Origin: Centroscyllium fabricii
Lineage: Eukaryota
Reading direction: 5' to 3'
Assembly: GCA_051313645.2 (NCBI GenBank)
Contig: JBNRSN020000022.1
Coordinates: 3,658,001-3,722,000 of the forward strand
Length of the DNA: 64,000 bases
The notes under the pieces were generated by a model, which was not told where the DNA came from, did not search any database, and saw only the letters and a program-made list of their open reading frames with translations. The position numbers and the translations under genes were made by a program. This document shows, in pieces, positions 24,151-36,432 of this stretch; the stretch's first letter is position 1; each line of letters starts with the position of its first letter.

Positions 24151-24362
24151 ATGGAGGCACCCCAGGGAGAGAGCTGAAAGATTTAGTGGCAGGGCCTTGA
24201 AGGGTACTGAATTTCTTTTCCCAAAGTGGCAGGAAACCTGTGCCACAGGAGTGCAGGCGACTGTGGAGGGAGGTGGCTCGCCATGTCAGCAGTCACAGCA
24301 TGGTGCCCAGGAGCCTGTTTCAGTGCAGAAAAAAATTCAACAACCTCACTAGGGGTGTCAGG
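24151..24362 (+). pseudogene. Harbinger Myb/SANT-like gene exon 1 (frameshifted)
   Basis: RERAERFS...LWREVA...RSLFQCRKKFNNL followed by gtgagt donor. Confidence 0.78.
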
Positions 24363-24604
24363 GTGAGTGTCTTTTTGTATATCTCTCCATTTCAACCTAA
24401 CTGTATAGCCAGAGGGTTCTAAACCCCCAATGCAGAACACTCCGCCAGAAGCTAATGCCCCTCAGGGTCTTTGCACAGCCTTATGTTTCAGGACAACAAC
24501 AGAAAATGCTGGAAAAACTCAGCAGTTCACGCAGCATCAGTGGAGAGAAACAGAGGCAATGTTTCTATTTGTTCCCTTTGTCGAGACTGATGAAAGAGGA
24601 TAGA

Positions 24605-24690
24605 TGCAAAAAGTCACACAACACCAGGTTTAAAGTCCAACGTTTTATTTTAAATCACAAGCTTTCGGAGCTTTTGCCCCTTCGTCAGGC
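24605..24690 (-). mobile_element. Short hammerhead-bearing insert (copy 2)
   Basis: Same CUGACGA/GAAA core as copy 1; perfect 12-bp TSD aaagaggataga 24593-24604 and 24691-24702; absent from the mirrored pLTR arm near 31510. Confidence 0.85.
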
Positions 24691-25799
24691 AAAGAGGATA
24701 GAGGAGGGCTGTGAGAGAACAAAGGGACGAGAAGAGACAATGAGAGTTATTCAGAATGAGACGAGGTGTAATAGGACAGAAGACAGCTCAAGATTAGGTG
24801 TGAAATGCACTGGCTGAATAGGAGACAGCTGCCGTGTGGGAAAGAAAAAAAAGGGAGGGGGAGGGCCGAGGCAAAGGTATGGATAATGTAAGAAAAAGGT
24901 AAAATGTAAAGGGTTATGATCTGAAATTGTTGAACTCAATATTGAGTCCGGACGGCTGTAAAGTGCCTAATCGGAAGATGAGGTGTTGTTCCTGGAGCTT
25001 ATGCTGAGCTTCGGTGGAACAATGTAATAGGCCAAGGACAGAGAGATCAGAGTGGGTGTGAAATGGAGAATTAAAGTGACAGGCGAGCGGAAGCTCAGGA
25101 TCACCCTTGCGGACTGAACGGAGGTGTTCCACAAAGCGGTCACCCAATCTGTGTTTGGTCTCCCCAATGTAGAGGAGACCGCTTCGTGAGCAGCGAATAC
25201 AGTGTGCTAGATTGCAAGAAGTACAAGTAAATCGCTGCTTCACCTGGAAGGGGTGTTTGGGGCCCTGGACAGTGGGAAGTGGGGAGGTGTAAGGGCAGGT
25301 ATTGCATCTCCTGCGCTTGCACGGGAAGATGCCAGGTGAAGGCGAAGGGGTGCTGGGGGTGGTAGAGGAGTGAACTAGGGTGTCTCGGAGGGAGCGGTCC
25401 CTATGGAATGCTGAAAGGGGAGGGGAAGATGCGTTTGGTGGTGGGATCACGTTGGAGATGGCGGAGGATGATCCGTTGAATGTAGAGGCTGGTGGGGTGA
25501 AAGGTGAGGATGAGGGGAACCCTATCGTGGTTTCGGGAGGGAGGGGCGGGGGTGAGGGCAGAAATGCGGGAGATAGAGCGGACATGGTCGAGGGCCATGT
25601 TGACCACGGTAGAGGGGAATCCTCGGTTGAGGAAAAAGGAAGACATATTGGAAGCACTGGTGTGGAAGGTGGCATCGTCAGAACAGATGTGCGGAGTTGG
25701 AGAATTGGGAGATTGCAATAGAGTCCTTACAGGAAGCAGCGTGGGAGGAAGTGTAGCCCAGGTAGCTGTGGGAGTCAGTGGGCTTGTAGTGAATGTTGG

Positions 25800-26087
25800 T
25801 GACGTATCGTCAATAATCTTAATAAAACTAAAGACGAGTAGTAACCTTAACTAGAGGCTTTTATTGACTTACAACGGAGCTATACTCCGAACGAACAACA
25901 GGTACAGAATGAACGGGGTCCGGTCAGTCCCCAACTATAAGGGCCTCACCTGAGGGAGGAGTTAGAGGTGTGGCTGACCTGGCCCCACGACAGTGTCGCA
26001 ACACATCATGCACCCGACCGCTATACATACTGATAATATTGGCAACAATATTACGGTGGTAATTACAGTATATATACGGTTACCACA
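25800..26087 (-). repeat. 3' LTR of Gypsy B1
   Basis: TG...CA; I count 4 mismatches against 30295-30582. Confidence 0.95.
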
Positions 26088-29000
26088 TTCACCCCTTCTT
26101 TGAAAATTAAGTCCGGCGGGGTGAATGGACAGAGCAGTTCATTATCAGTTTATCCGGCGGTCGCGTCTGTCTGGAGGACCGTCGGGGCTCTGGCAGAAGT
26201 TCTGCGTGATCCGTTCCCTGCGGCATCGGCGGCGTTGGGTCTGGTGGTGGTGACGGCGGCGCTGGTGCCGAAACTTTAGGTGATGGTGGTGGTGGTTGGT
26301 CCCAGCCATCCGAATGTTGGTCCTCAGCTGGCCAAGGCGGGGGCTCTGGATAACCTGGTGATGGCGGCCAATGTAGGTGCTGGGGGTGGCCGAAATATAG
26401 TGGCTGGGCGGGCTGCTGCTCGGCCAGGGGTTCTGCTACGGTGCTCCCGGCGGGCGCTAGGTCCCTGATGGAGACGGTGTCCTCGCGCCCGTCCGGGAAC
26501 TGCACGTAGGCGTACTGCGGGTTGGCGTGCAGGAGCTGCACCTTGTCTACCAGGGGGTCGGTCTTGTGGCCGCGGACGTGTTTCCTAAGGAAGACCGGCC
26601 CCGTGAGCCACGGTGGAAGAGCTGTCCCCGAAGTCGACTTCCTGGGGAAGGAAAACATTAAATCATGAGGGGTGGCGTTGGTGGCCGTACACAGCAGAGA
26701 GCGTATCGAGTGCAGTGCGTCGGGGAGAACTGCCTGCCAATGGGACACTGGAAGGCCTCTGGACTTCAGAGCCAGGGTGACTGCCTTCCAGATGATCCCA
26801 TTCTACCTGGCCGTTCCCCCGGGGGCTGTAACTGGTCGTTCTGCTCGAGGCAACCCCTTTCTGGAGCAGAAACTGGCGCAGTTCATCGCTCATGAACGAT
26901 GACCCCCGGTCGCTATGAATGTAGCTGGGGAGACCGAAAATGGTGAACAGCGTGGTGAAGTGTTTGATCACCGTTGCGCTCGTGATATCTGGGCAGGGGA
27001 AAGCGAAGGGGAAGCGGGAGAACTCGTCTACGACCGTGAGGAAGTACGAGTTGCGGTCGGTGGTGGGGAGGGGGCCTTTGAAGTCCACGCTTAGCTGTTC
27101 AAAGGGGCGGGTGGCCTTAATGAGATGCGCCGTGTCTGGCCTGAAAAATTGAGGTTTGCACTCGGCGCAAACAGGGCACTCTCGGGTCATAGCCTTGATC
27201 TCCGTGATGGAGTAGGGGAGGCTACGGGATCTAACAAAGTGGGCAAGTCTGGTGACACCCGGGTGGCAGAGGCGGTCGTAGAGTTCCTTCAGCCGGTCTA
27301 GCTGGGCACTGGCGCACGTTCCCCTGGACAGTGCGTCCGGGGGTTCATTGAGTTTGCCTGGTCGGTAAAGAATGTCATACTCGTAAGTCGAGAGCTCGAA
27401 CCGCCACCGCAGGATCTTATCATTCTTGATTTTACCCTTTTGTTTATTATTAAACATAAACGCGACCGACCGTTGGTCGGTGAGCAGGGTAAAACGCTTA
27501 CCGGCCAGGTAATGACGCCAATAGCGCACGGCTTCCACGATGGCCTGGGCCTCCTTTTCCACTGTGGAGTGGCGAGTTTCGGGTCCCTGTAGGGTGCGGG
27601 AGAAAAACGCTACGGGCCTGCCTGCCTGCCTGATTCAGGGTGGCGGCAAGGGCAAAGTCCGAAGCGTCACTCTCCACCTGGAACGGGATGGATTCATCAA
27701 CGGCGTGCATGGTCGCCTTGATGATGTCTTCCTTTATCCGGGCGAATGCCGTTTGGGCTTCTACCGAGAGGGGGAAGGCGGCAGCCTTGAGGAGCGGTCT
27801 AGCCTTATCCGCGAACTGGGGAACCCATTGTGCATAATAGGAGAAAAATCCTAGACATCTCCTCAGGGCTTTGGGGTTGTGCGGAAGGGGCAGTTACTGT
27901 AATGGGCGCATACGGTGTGGGTCGGGGCCGAGGACCCCGTTCTCCACCACGTATCCGAGGATGGCGAGCCGATCTGTATTAAAGACACACTTGTCCTTGT
28001 TATACGTTAGATCAAGCCGTTTCGCCGTGTCAAGGAATTTGGCCAGATTGGCATCGTGGTCCTGCTGGTCATGGCCGCAGATGGTCACGTTGTCCAGGTA
28101 GGGGAAGGTGGCCTGCAACTCGTTCTGGTCAACCATGCGGTCCATCTCCCGCTGGAATACCGACACTCCGTTGGTCACGCCGAAGGGGACCCGGAGGAAG
28201 TGGTAGAGCCGACCATTCGCCTCAAAGGTCGGCTTTCCGGATCGGGAGTTGGTGATACGCCGACTTAAGGTCGATTGTGGAGAACACCTTATATTGGGCG
28301 ATCTGGTTAACCATATCCGAGATGCGGGGAAGGGGGTAGGCATCGAGCCCGGTGTAGCGGTTAATAGTCTGGCTGTAATCGATAACCAGCCGCTGTTTCT
28401 CGCCAGTCTTCACCACTACAACCTGGGCCCGCCAGGGGCTGGTGCTGGCTTCAATTATCCCCTCCTTCAGCATACGCCCGACCTCCGACCTGATAAATTT
28501 CCGATCCCCCACACTGTACCGCCGACTCTTGGTAGCAATGGGCTTGCAGTTGGGGTCGAGGTTGGCGAACAGTGAGGGGGGGGTCGATTTTCAGGGTGGA
28601 GAGGCCGCAGGCCGGGCTCCGCTTTGGGAAGGGACTGTCCCGGCTACTGACGGTGAGGGGTGGCAGGGTCCCGCCGAACTCCATTGTCACGCTCTTAAGG
28701 TGGCACTGGAAATCCTGTCCCAGTAAGGCTGGGGCGCACAGTTGTCTGAGGATGTACAACTTAAAGTTGCGGTGCACGCAGCCCTTAACTGTGAGCGTGA
28801 CGGAGCAGTAGCCGGTGACGTCCACGGTGTGGGACTGTGAAGGAAGGGAGACTTGGTAGCTCGTGGGCAGAATCTGCAGTCCGTAGCGCCGCACTGTATC
28901 AGGGTGAATAAAGCTCTCTGTGCTTCCGGTGTCGAACAGGCAGTTAGTGATATGGCCGTTAACTTTGATCGCCATCATTGAATTAGATAGGGTGTGCGGC

Positions 29001-30294
29001 CTAGCCTGATCGACTTTTGGGATGGCTGAAGCCGAAGTGTGTGTGTGTGTGGGGCCCCCCGCTGGTTGGGGCCGAACACAAGATGGCGGCGCCCGTGGTT
29101 TGCACATGGCTGGCCTCTGGAGACAAGATGGCGGCGGCGGGGGGTCGCACATGGTGGGCCGTTGGAGACAAGATGGCGGTGCCCGTGGTTCGCACGCGGC
29201 TGACTGCTGTGGGCGCGGTGGCGGCGCCCGTGGTTCGCACGCAGCGGGCCGTGGTGGCTTGGTTGGCGGTGCCCATGATTCGCACGCGGCGAGCCGCAGC
29301 AGTTGGGTTGGCGGTGCCCGTGATTCGCACGCAGCGAGCCGCGCTGGGCGGCCGTGGCTGAGTTTGGCGTGCTGTGGGTGCAGCCGGCCTTTGCCGCATC
29401 AATTCTCTACCTCCGGACCGTCGCTGGATCGCGCTGCAATTGCAGCTTACCTGAGACCTGGTGGAGCTTTCACAGGCTGCGCTGTTGTACCTGGAGCTGG
29501 GCGCCGGGGCTGATCTGCAGGCCTTTGCGTAGTGTCCCTTCTTAGAGCACCTCTCGCAGGTCGCGGTCTTCTCTGGGCATCTCGCCCATGGGTGTAATCC
29601 CTGACTGTAGAAGTAGCACTTCTTGTCCGCCGGCGTCTTCGCAGCTGCCACTGCTTTCGTGGGGGTCTCGACCCGTTGTGGTGCTGCCCAGGCCTGGACC
29701 CGTTGTGGTGCTGCCCACGTGTCGTAGACCTGTGGGTTTGTGCCGCCGTATGCCTGCAGCTTGCGCCTTCCACAGAGTTAGAGATAGAGATCGCCTCCTC
29801 TAGAGTTAGGGAGTCCTTCTCTAGCAGCCGCTGGCGGGCCTCTATGCACCTTAGTCCTGTTACATAGGCGTCTCGGATGAGAAGATTCGCCTCCTCCTCT
29901 GCCGTCCGTGGTTGGCAGCCACAGACCCGTACCAGGGCTTGGAGCGCCTGCTCGAACTGTTCGTTAGACTCACTCGGTAGTTGTGGTCTGGTCGCGAGCA
30001 CATGTCTGGTGTAGACAGAGTGGACCGGTGCTCGTAGCATTTCCTCAGTTTTTCCACCACCGCTGAGTAAGTTTTGGCATCCCGGATGAGGGAGAATACT
30101 CGGCTGGAGATCCTGGACCGGAGAACCTGTAGCTTGTTCCCATCGGTCTCAGTCCCTGCGGCTTCCATGTAGGCCTCCAGGAGACCGAACCAGTGTTCGA
30201 AGGTAGTGGCGGCGGCTGGGTCCTGTGGACTGATGTCCAGCTTCTCTGGTTTTACAGCGCCGCTCTCCATTTCAAATTTTTAAGTCAATAAAAT

Positions 30295-30582
30295 TGACGT
30301 ATCGTCAATAATCTTAATAAAACTAAAGACGAGTAGTGACCTTAACTAGAGGCTTTTATTGACTTACAATGGAGCTATACTCCGAACGAACAACAGGTAC
30401 AGAATGAACGGGGTCCGGTCAGTCCCCACCTATAAGGGCCTCGCCTGAGGGAGGAGTTAGAGGTGTGGCTGACCTGGCCCCACGACAGTGTCGCAACACA
30501 TCATGCACCCGACCGCTATACATACTGATAATATTGGCAACAATATTACGGTGGTAATTACAGTATATATACGGTTACCACA
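30295..30582 (-). repeat. 5' LTR of Gypsy B1
   Basis: Direct repeat of 25800-26087. Confidence 0.95.
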
Positions 30583-31783
30583 GTTGGTCAATAACATATC
30601 CCCAGAGATGGAGACAGAAGTTGAGGAAGGGAAGAGTCGGAGACAGACCATGTGAAGGTGAGGGAAGGGTGGAAATTGGAGGCATAGTGAATGAAATCGT
30701 CTAGTTCAGGGCGAGGGCAGGAAACGGCACAGATACAGTCATCAATGTACCGGAAAAAGAGGTGAGGGAGGGGACCCGAGTAGGACTGGGACAAAGTGTG
30801 TTCCACATATCCCACGAAAAGGCAGGCATAGCTAGGACCCATATGGGTACCCATAGCAACACCTTTAATTTGGAGGAAATGAGTGGAGTCAAAGGAGAAG
30901 TTGTTCAAAGTGAGAACAAGTTCAGCCAGGCGGAGGGCGGTGGTGGATGGGGACTGGTCGGGCCTCTGTTCAAGGAAGAAGCAGAGTGCCCTCAGGCCAT
31001 CCTGGTGGGGGATGGAGGTGTAGAGGGAATGTACGTCCATGGTGAAAAGGAGGCGGTTAGGGCCGGGAAACTTGAAACTGTTGAAGTGGCGGAGGGCGTC
31101 GGAGGAGTTGCGGATGTAGGTAGGAAGAGACTGGACAAGGGGAGAAAAGATGGAGTCCTTGGCCTGTTACATTGTTCCTCGGAAGCTCAGCGTAAGTTCC
31201 AGGAACAACACCTCATCTTCCGATTAGGCACTTTACAGCTGTCCGGACTCAATATCGAGTTCAACAATTTCAGATCATAACCCTTTACATTTTTACCCTT
31301 TTTTTTTTACATTATCCACACCTGTGCCTCGGCCCTCCCCCGCCCCCCCCCTCCCTTTTTTTTCTTTCCCACACGGCAACTGTCTCCTACTCAACCAGCG
31401 CATTTCACACCTAATCTTGAGCTGTCCTATTACACCTCGTCTCGTTCTGAATAACTCCCATCGTCTCTTCTCGTCCCTTTGTTCTCTCACAGCCCTCTGC
31501 TATCCTTCTATCCTCTTTCATCAGTCTCGATAAAGGGAACTACTCGAAACCTTGACTGTGTTTCTCTCCACCGAGGCTGCCTGAGCTGCTGAGTTTTTCC
31601 AGCATTTTCTGTTGTTTTGGATTTCCAGCAGCTGCAGTATTTTGTTATCGTCTTATGTTTCAGGGTTTTGCATAGGCTTTTGCTGAAAGAGATTGCATGC
31701 AGTAAGGGCTATTTAGCCATGGCAGGCACTTCAGATGAAATAGTTGCTGTCTTGTAACTCAGATTCTTGCCTTTTTATTGCAG

Positions 31784-33006
31784 GCGAAACTGGCTCACAA
31801 TCGTCGTGAGCAGGACTGCACGGGTGGTGGTCCACCTGCTCTGCTGGAGCTGAGTCCCCTTGAGGTGCGCGTGCAGCGGATTATGGGCAACCGCTTCAGT
31901 GCTCCTGTCGCCACAGGAGATGCCGACCCCATTCTGGGCAGCAGTGGTGAGTTCATGGCCTTCCTCTCCTCCCTCTTGGTCCTCACAACAGCAGCCTTTC
32001 GCACTTTCCATCCAAAGAAGTTGGTACCTGCACTCATTGCTCCCTTGCCGCCACCTTGTCCTCACGCTAAACCCACTCTTGTACCTCTGTCATTTCAGAT
32101 GGTGAATCATCAGCTGAGGAGGCGGCCCCTCAACCTTGGCGGGAGATGGAGTCTGAAGGACAGGAGGAGGAAGAGGAAGATGCAGCAGGACGCCCACCGT
32201 CTAGCGAGGAAGGCCATAGTGATGGGGAGCCCGCCTTCCATGCAGGGGAGTGAGGAGTGGTGGTGGCATGCCGAGGGTGCTCCAGGCCCCAGCGGGGTGC
32301 AGCAACGGAAGGGGGGAGAGGGCAGCTCCAAAGCGTGTTGCCCGGAGGGAGAGTGGGTCATTGACCCCTGATGGCCTGACAGAAGAGGACAAGCGGGTCC
32401 TCTCACAAATGAGAGCCGAGGCGGGGCAGCAGCACACGGAGCTCGTGCAAGCGGTGGGGAGGTTGCCCGAAGCCATGCAGGACATGGCAGAAGCCACGCA
32501 CATGCTCACTGCTGCAGTGCAGTCAGTGGGTGCTGCGGTGCTGACGCCATGCGTCAGCTGACTGGTGCCATCCTGTCTTCGGGCACCATTACCCTGGACT
32601 CTGAACGTGCCACAGCAAGCCAGCAATCTATGCTCAGCAGATTGCTGGGGAAGATGAGGTGTGGGCCCATGGGAGTGACACTGTATTGGTGGAACAGAGA
32701 GGTGCTAGCCTCTCTCACCAGGGCAGCATTGCTGCTGCCAGCAGTGACACTTCTCCACTGCTGTTGGCCCCGCCCATACACCAGACTGCTGCCGCCCATG
32801 CAGAGGTGGAGCAGTCTGAAGCTGGGCCCTCCAAGCCCAGAGCTGGTCGAGGCCGACCTTCGAAGGCTGTGGCAGTGTCAAGTTCGGAAACTCCGCAGCC
32901 TTCCACCAGCATTGCTGCACCCACCGGGGTGACATTAAGGAGGAGCATTGGGGTGAGGAGGGGGGAATGGCAGAAGGGCAGGAGCTCACCGGAGGCTAAG
33001 AAGTAG
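31784..33006 (+). pseudogene. Harbinger Myb/SANT-like gene exons 2 (31784-31946) and 3 (from 32099)
   Basis: ttgcag|AKLAHNRREQDCTGGGP...|gtgagt; tttcag acceptor at 32098; low-complexity C-terminus with frameshifts. Confidence 0.7.
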
Positions 33007-33295
33007 CCGCTTGGCATCACAAAGACCAGTGACATGTGTTTTGAAAGGCAGAGGTTCGTGGCCAGTTATGTTCATCATTCTTTTGGGGCATTGTTTTTGG
33101 CTTTGACAGCCAGTTATGTTTACCATTCTTTTGGGGGGTTTGTTGCTGGGGCAGATTTTGTACAAGAAACAGTTCTTTTAATGAAAATGTTCATGGTTCC
33201 TGTTTGCCATCATTGATGCCTTGAGCGGCTAAACGGTAGGGGGTTGGGCTCAGTCAGGTCATTCTGAAGGGCAGACCTCTTTTCATCAGCAGGGG

Positions 33296-34383
33296 CCTAG
33301 AAGCGGCTGTCTATGAGCCTCTGACGCACAGCCCTTCCACTTTCCGCATGCCTCCTGTGTTGGAGCTGCTACTGATGCTCCTCCTCCTCCTCTGGTGCTG
33401 CAACAATGTCTGGCAGCAGTGGCTGGGTCCTCAGGATTGCCAGGTTATGCAGCAGACAATGTCGAAGCGGGACACTCGGTCAGGCGCATACTGGAGGGCT
33501 CCTCCAGAGTGGTCCAGACAGCGGAACCATTGTTTGAGCATGCCAGTTGTCTGCTCAATGAGGTTCCTGGTCGCATGATGGCTCTCATTGTATCGAAGCT
33601 CAGCAGGGGTTTGGGGCGCACAGAGCGGGGTCATCAGCCAGGGGGTCAGAACATATCCCTTGCCCCCAAGAAGCCATCGAGCTCGGTGATTGGGTCCCTG
33701 GAAGAGGTCTGCCACAGTAGCCTGGATAGTGCACATTCACAGCAAGGATCAGCTGTCGGTGGTCACACACCAGCTGTACGTTTAGGGAATAGAAACCCTT
33801 TCTGTAGCGGTACGCCTCAGCATCGCGATACGGCGCCCACAAAGCCACATGCGTGCAGTCAATGGCGCGCTGCACCATGGGGAAGCCCTGCACATTGGCA
33901 AACCCCTCGTGGCGATCCTGCTGCTTGTCCGGGGCCATGGGGTATGATATATACTGGCGCCTCCTTCTGTATAGGGCTTCTGTGACCTGCCGAATGGAGC
34001 AATGCATGGGAAACTGCGAGATGTTAGCTATGTCCCCAGTACCTACCAGAAATGAGCCGGTGGCATAAAAGTTGAGAGCCACAGTAACCTTCACTGCCAC
34101 CGACAGAAGTCCTGGTCTTCTGTTGAGGCTGCAGGTCTGGCTGAAGGAGCTGGCAGAGCTCCGTCACCACCTCCTTCCTGAACCGTAGCCTGCGCAGACA
34201 CTGCTCCTCAGACATATTCATGTATGAGTATTGCTGTCCTAAAACCCTGCCACGGTAAGGTCTCCTGCGCACACGTCTATCTGCCCTCCTGCGCCTGGCA
34301 ATGACTGGTGCTCGCTGTCGGCGTCTCTGTGCCCTGGCAATGTAATGCAGCAGGACACCACCCCCATCCAGTGCAGCTCCCAT
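33296..34383 (-). pseudogene. Harbinger DDE transposase (HARBI1-like), frameshifted
   Basis: CLRRLRF, VTVALNFYATGSF, AIDCTHV, RKGFYSLNVQLVCD, YNESHHATRNLIEQTTGMLKQWFRCL. Confidence 0.92.
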
Positions 34384-35669
34384 AGTGTCAAAGGAAGCAA
34401 AGCACAGAAGGCCAAAAACTCACAGTACCTACAAACCTATGACCAGAGAGCCAAAGTATGTCAGAAAGCAGTGAGTCAGACAACAAACACTCCTTTCTCC
34501 AAATCTCTCTCTCTCTCTCTCTCCGAATGCTGGCAAAATGGCTGCCACAAAAAATGCAGGAAGTGTACCCCTTTAAATAGCACCCCAGCGGATCCACAGC
34601 ACGTCGGATGCGTTCCAGGAACCTGTCACGGGCAACGCTGGGCGTTGGGGAGCCGGGCGCCACTGAATTTCTGGTCCGGCCCTCAGGAAGGGCGTTGCAC
34701 GACGGAATGACGTCAGGATCACCGTGCGCCGAGCAGTGGGCGCTCAGGGTTAGTGCTGCCGGCGAACGCCTAACGAATTTTGTGCCCAGCGGGCACTAAA
34801 CCCTTTTTGGGCCCTCTGAGTGCACTAAAGGCTGGTGCAACCAAGCCAATTTCTAGCCCATAGTGTATTCCCTTAACTTCTTAGGCTTGCTCGAATGCAT
34901 TATCTCACACTTCTCCCGATTGAATTCCATTAGCCACTGTTCTGCCCACCTGACCAGTCCTAGATTGGGTATTGTGCAATGAGAAGGGGTTAATTAATAA
35001 TCTTGTTGTGCGGGGTCCTTTAGGGAAGAGTGACCATAACATGATAGAATTCTTCATTAAGAAGAAGTCCAATCCGAAACTAGGGTCCTAAATCTAAATA
35101 AAGGAAACTACGAAGATATGAGGAGTGAGTTGGCTCTGAGATTGGGGAGCTTCATTAAAAGGCGTGACGGTGGATAGGCAATGGCTAACATTTAAGGAAC
35201 GAATGCATGAATTGCAACAGTTATACATTCCTTTCTGGCGCAAAAACACAAAAGGAAAAGCGGCCCAACCATGGCCAACAAGAAATTAAGGATCGTATTA
35301 GATCCAAAGAGGAGTCATATAAAGTTCCCAGAAAAAGTAGCAAGCCTGAGGATTGGGAGCAGTTTAGAGTTCAGCAAAAAAGGACCAAGAGATTGATTAA
35401 GAGGGGAAAAATAGAGTATATGAGTAAACTTGCAAGAAACATAAAAGCGGACTGTAAAAGCTTCTACAAGTATGTAAAAAAACCTGATGAAGACAAATGT
35501 AGGTCCCTTACAGTCAGAAACGGGAGAATTTCTAATGGGGAACAAGGAAATGGCGGAGCAATTAAACAAATACTTGGTTCTGTCTTCACGGAAGAGGACA
35601 CAAATAACTTCCCAGAAATGCTAGGGAACCAGGGGTCCAGTGAGAAGGAGGAATTAAAGGAAATTAGTA

Positions 35670-36268
35670 CAGGTTTAGCACCATTAATCCGGCACCGGTG
35701 GGACCAGGCCAGTGCCGGGAAAGTGAAAATCCCGAACGATTGAAGCTTCGGCGAGCGCATGCGCAGACCATTCAAAATGGCCGCTGCGAAAGGCCAGCGG
35801 CCATTTTGAGTGGTCTGCGCATGAGCTTATCGTTTGGTAAGGCCCGGCTCGGTGAGGCAAGGTCCGGCTCGTTAAGGCGAGGCCCGGATCAGTAAGGCGA
35901 GGCCCAGCTCGGGAAGGCGAGGCCCGGCTAGGGAAGCCTCGGATCGGGAAGGCTCGGTAAGGCTCATCGAGGCCCGGCTCGGGAAGTCCTGGCCCGGCTC
36001 GGTAAGGCGAGGCCCGGCTCAGGAAGCCCCGGTCCGGCTTGGTAAGGCTCGGCCCAGGATCGTTCGGCAGCGCATGCGCAGATCATTAAAAACTTCGGCG
36101 GCCATTGTGAATGATCAGCGCATGCGTTCGGCGGCGCATGCGCAGATCATTCACTGAAGCATCAATCGCGGTGGCCATTTTGCGCATGCGCAAGGCAGTC
36201 GGGGCAATTTGTTCCGGAAGACTGAAGTTTCCGGCTTATCGGGCAACGGATTAACGGTACCCAACCTG
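35670..36268. mobile_element. Tc1/mariner-pogo-type MITE (599 bp)
   Basis: TIRs caggtttagcaccattaatccg / cggattaacggtacccaacctg, TA TSD, internal ~20-bp tandem repeat ggtaaggcgaggcccggctc at ~35835-36055. Confidence 0.88.
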
Positions 36269-36432
36269 TATTAGTAAAAAAATGGTGCTGGAGAAATTAA
36301 TGGGACTGAAAGCCAATAAATCCCCAGGGCCTGATCTGCATCCCAGAGTACTAAAAGAGGTAGCCATGGAAATTGTGGATGTATTGGTTGTCATCTTCCA
36401 AAATTCTATAGATTTATGGAACAGTTCCTGCA

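Larger units (their letters stand above)
25800..30582 (-). mobile_element. Full-length compact Ty3/Gypsy element (family B, copy 1), 4783 bp, with frameshifts
   Basis: Two 288-bp LTRs, TSD gttgg (25795-25799, 30583-30587), PPT near 26088-26106, gag ATG 30270, protease LFDTGS, RT YLDN, RNase H, integrase. Confidence 0.96.
24493..31651 (-). mobile_element. Penelope-like element (RT + GIY-YIG) with inverted pLTR at its truncated 5' side
   Basis: GIY-YIG (LYIGETKHRLGDRFVEHL, GLNIEF) 24914-25675; RT (DVHSLYTSIP, GVAMGT, RYIDD) 30588-31040; 13-bp TSD cttatgtttcagg at 24480-24492 and 31652-31664. Confidence 0.92.
23861..34859. mobile_element. PIF/Harbinger DNA transposon with convergent Myb/SANT and transposase genes
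   Basis: Imperfect TIRs gggggaaaaattgg / ccaatttctagccc, 3-bp flanks aca/ata, host CR1 continues on both sides. Confidence 0.85.

Noticed and set aside
33296-34383. Domesticated host HARBI1 gene
   Set aside because: Frameshifted and located between TIRs with its Myb partner, so a transposon copy
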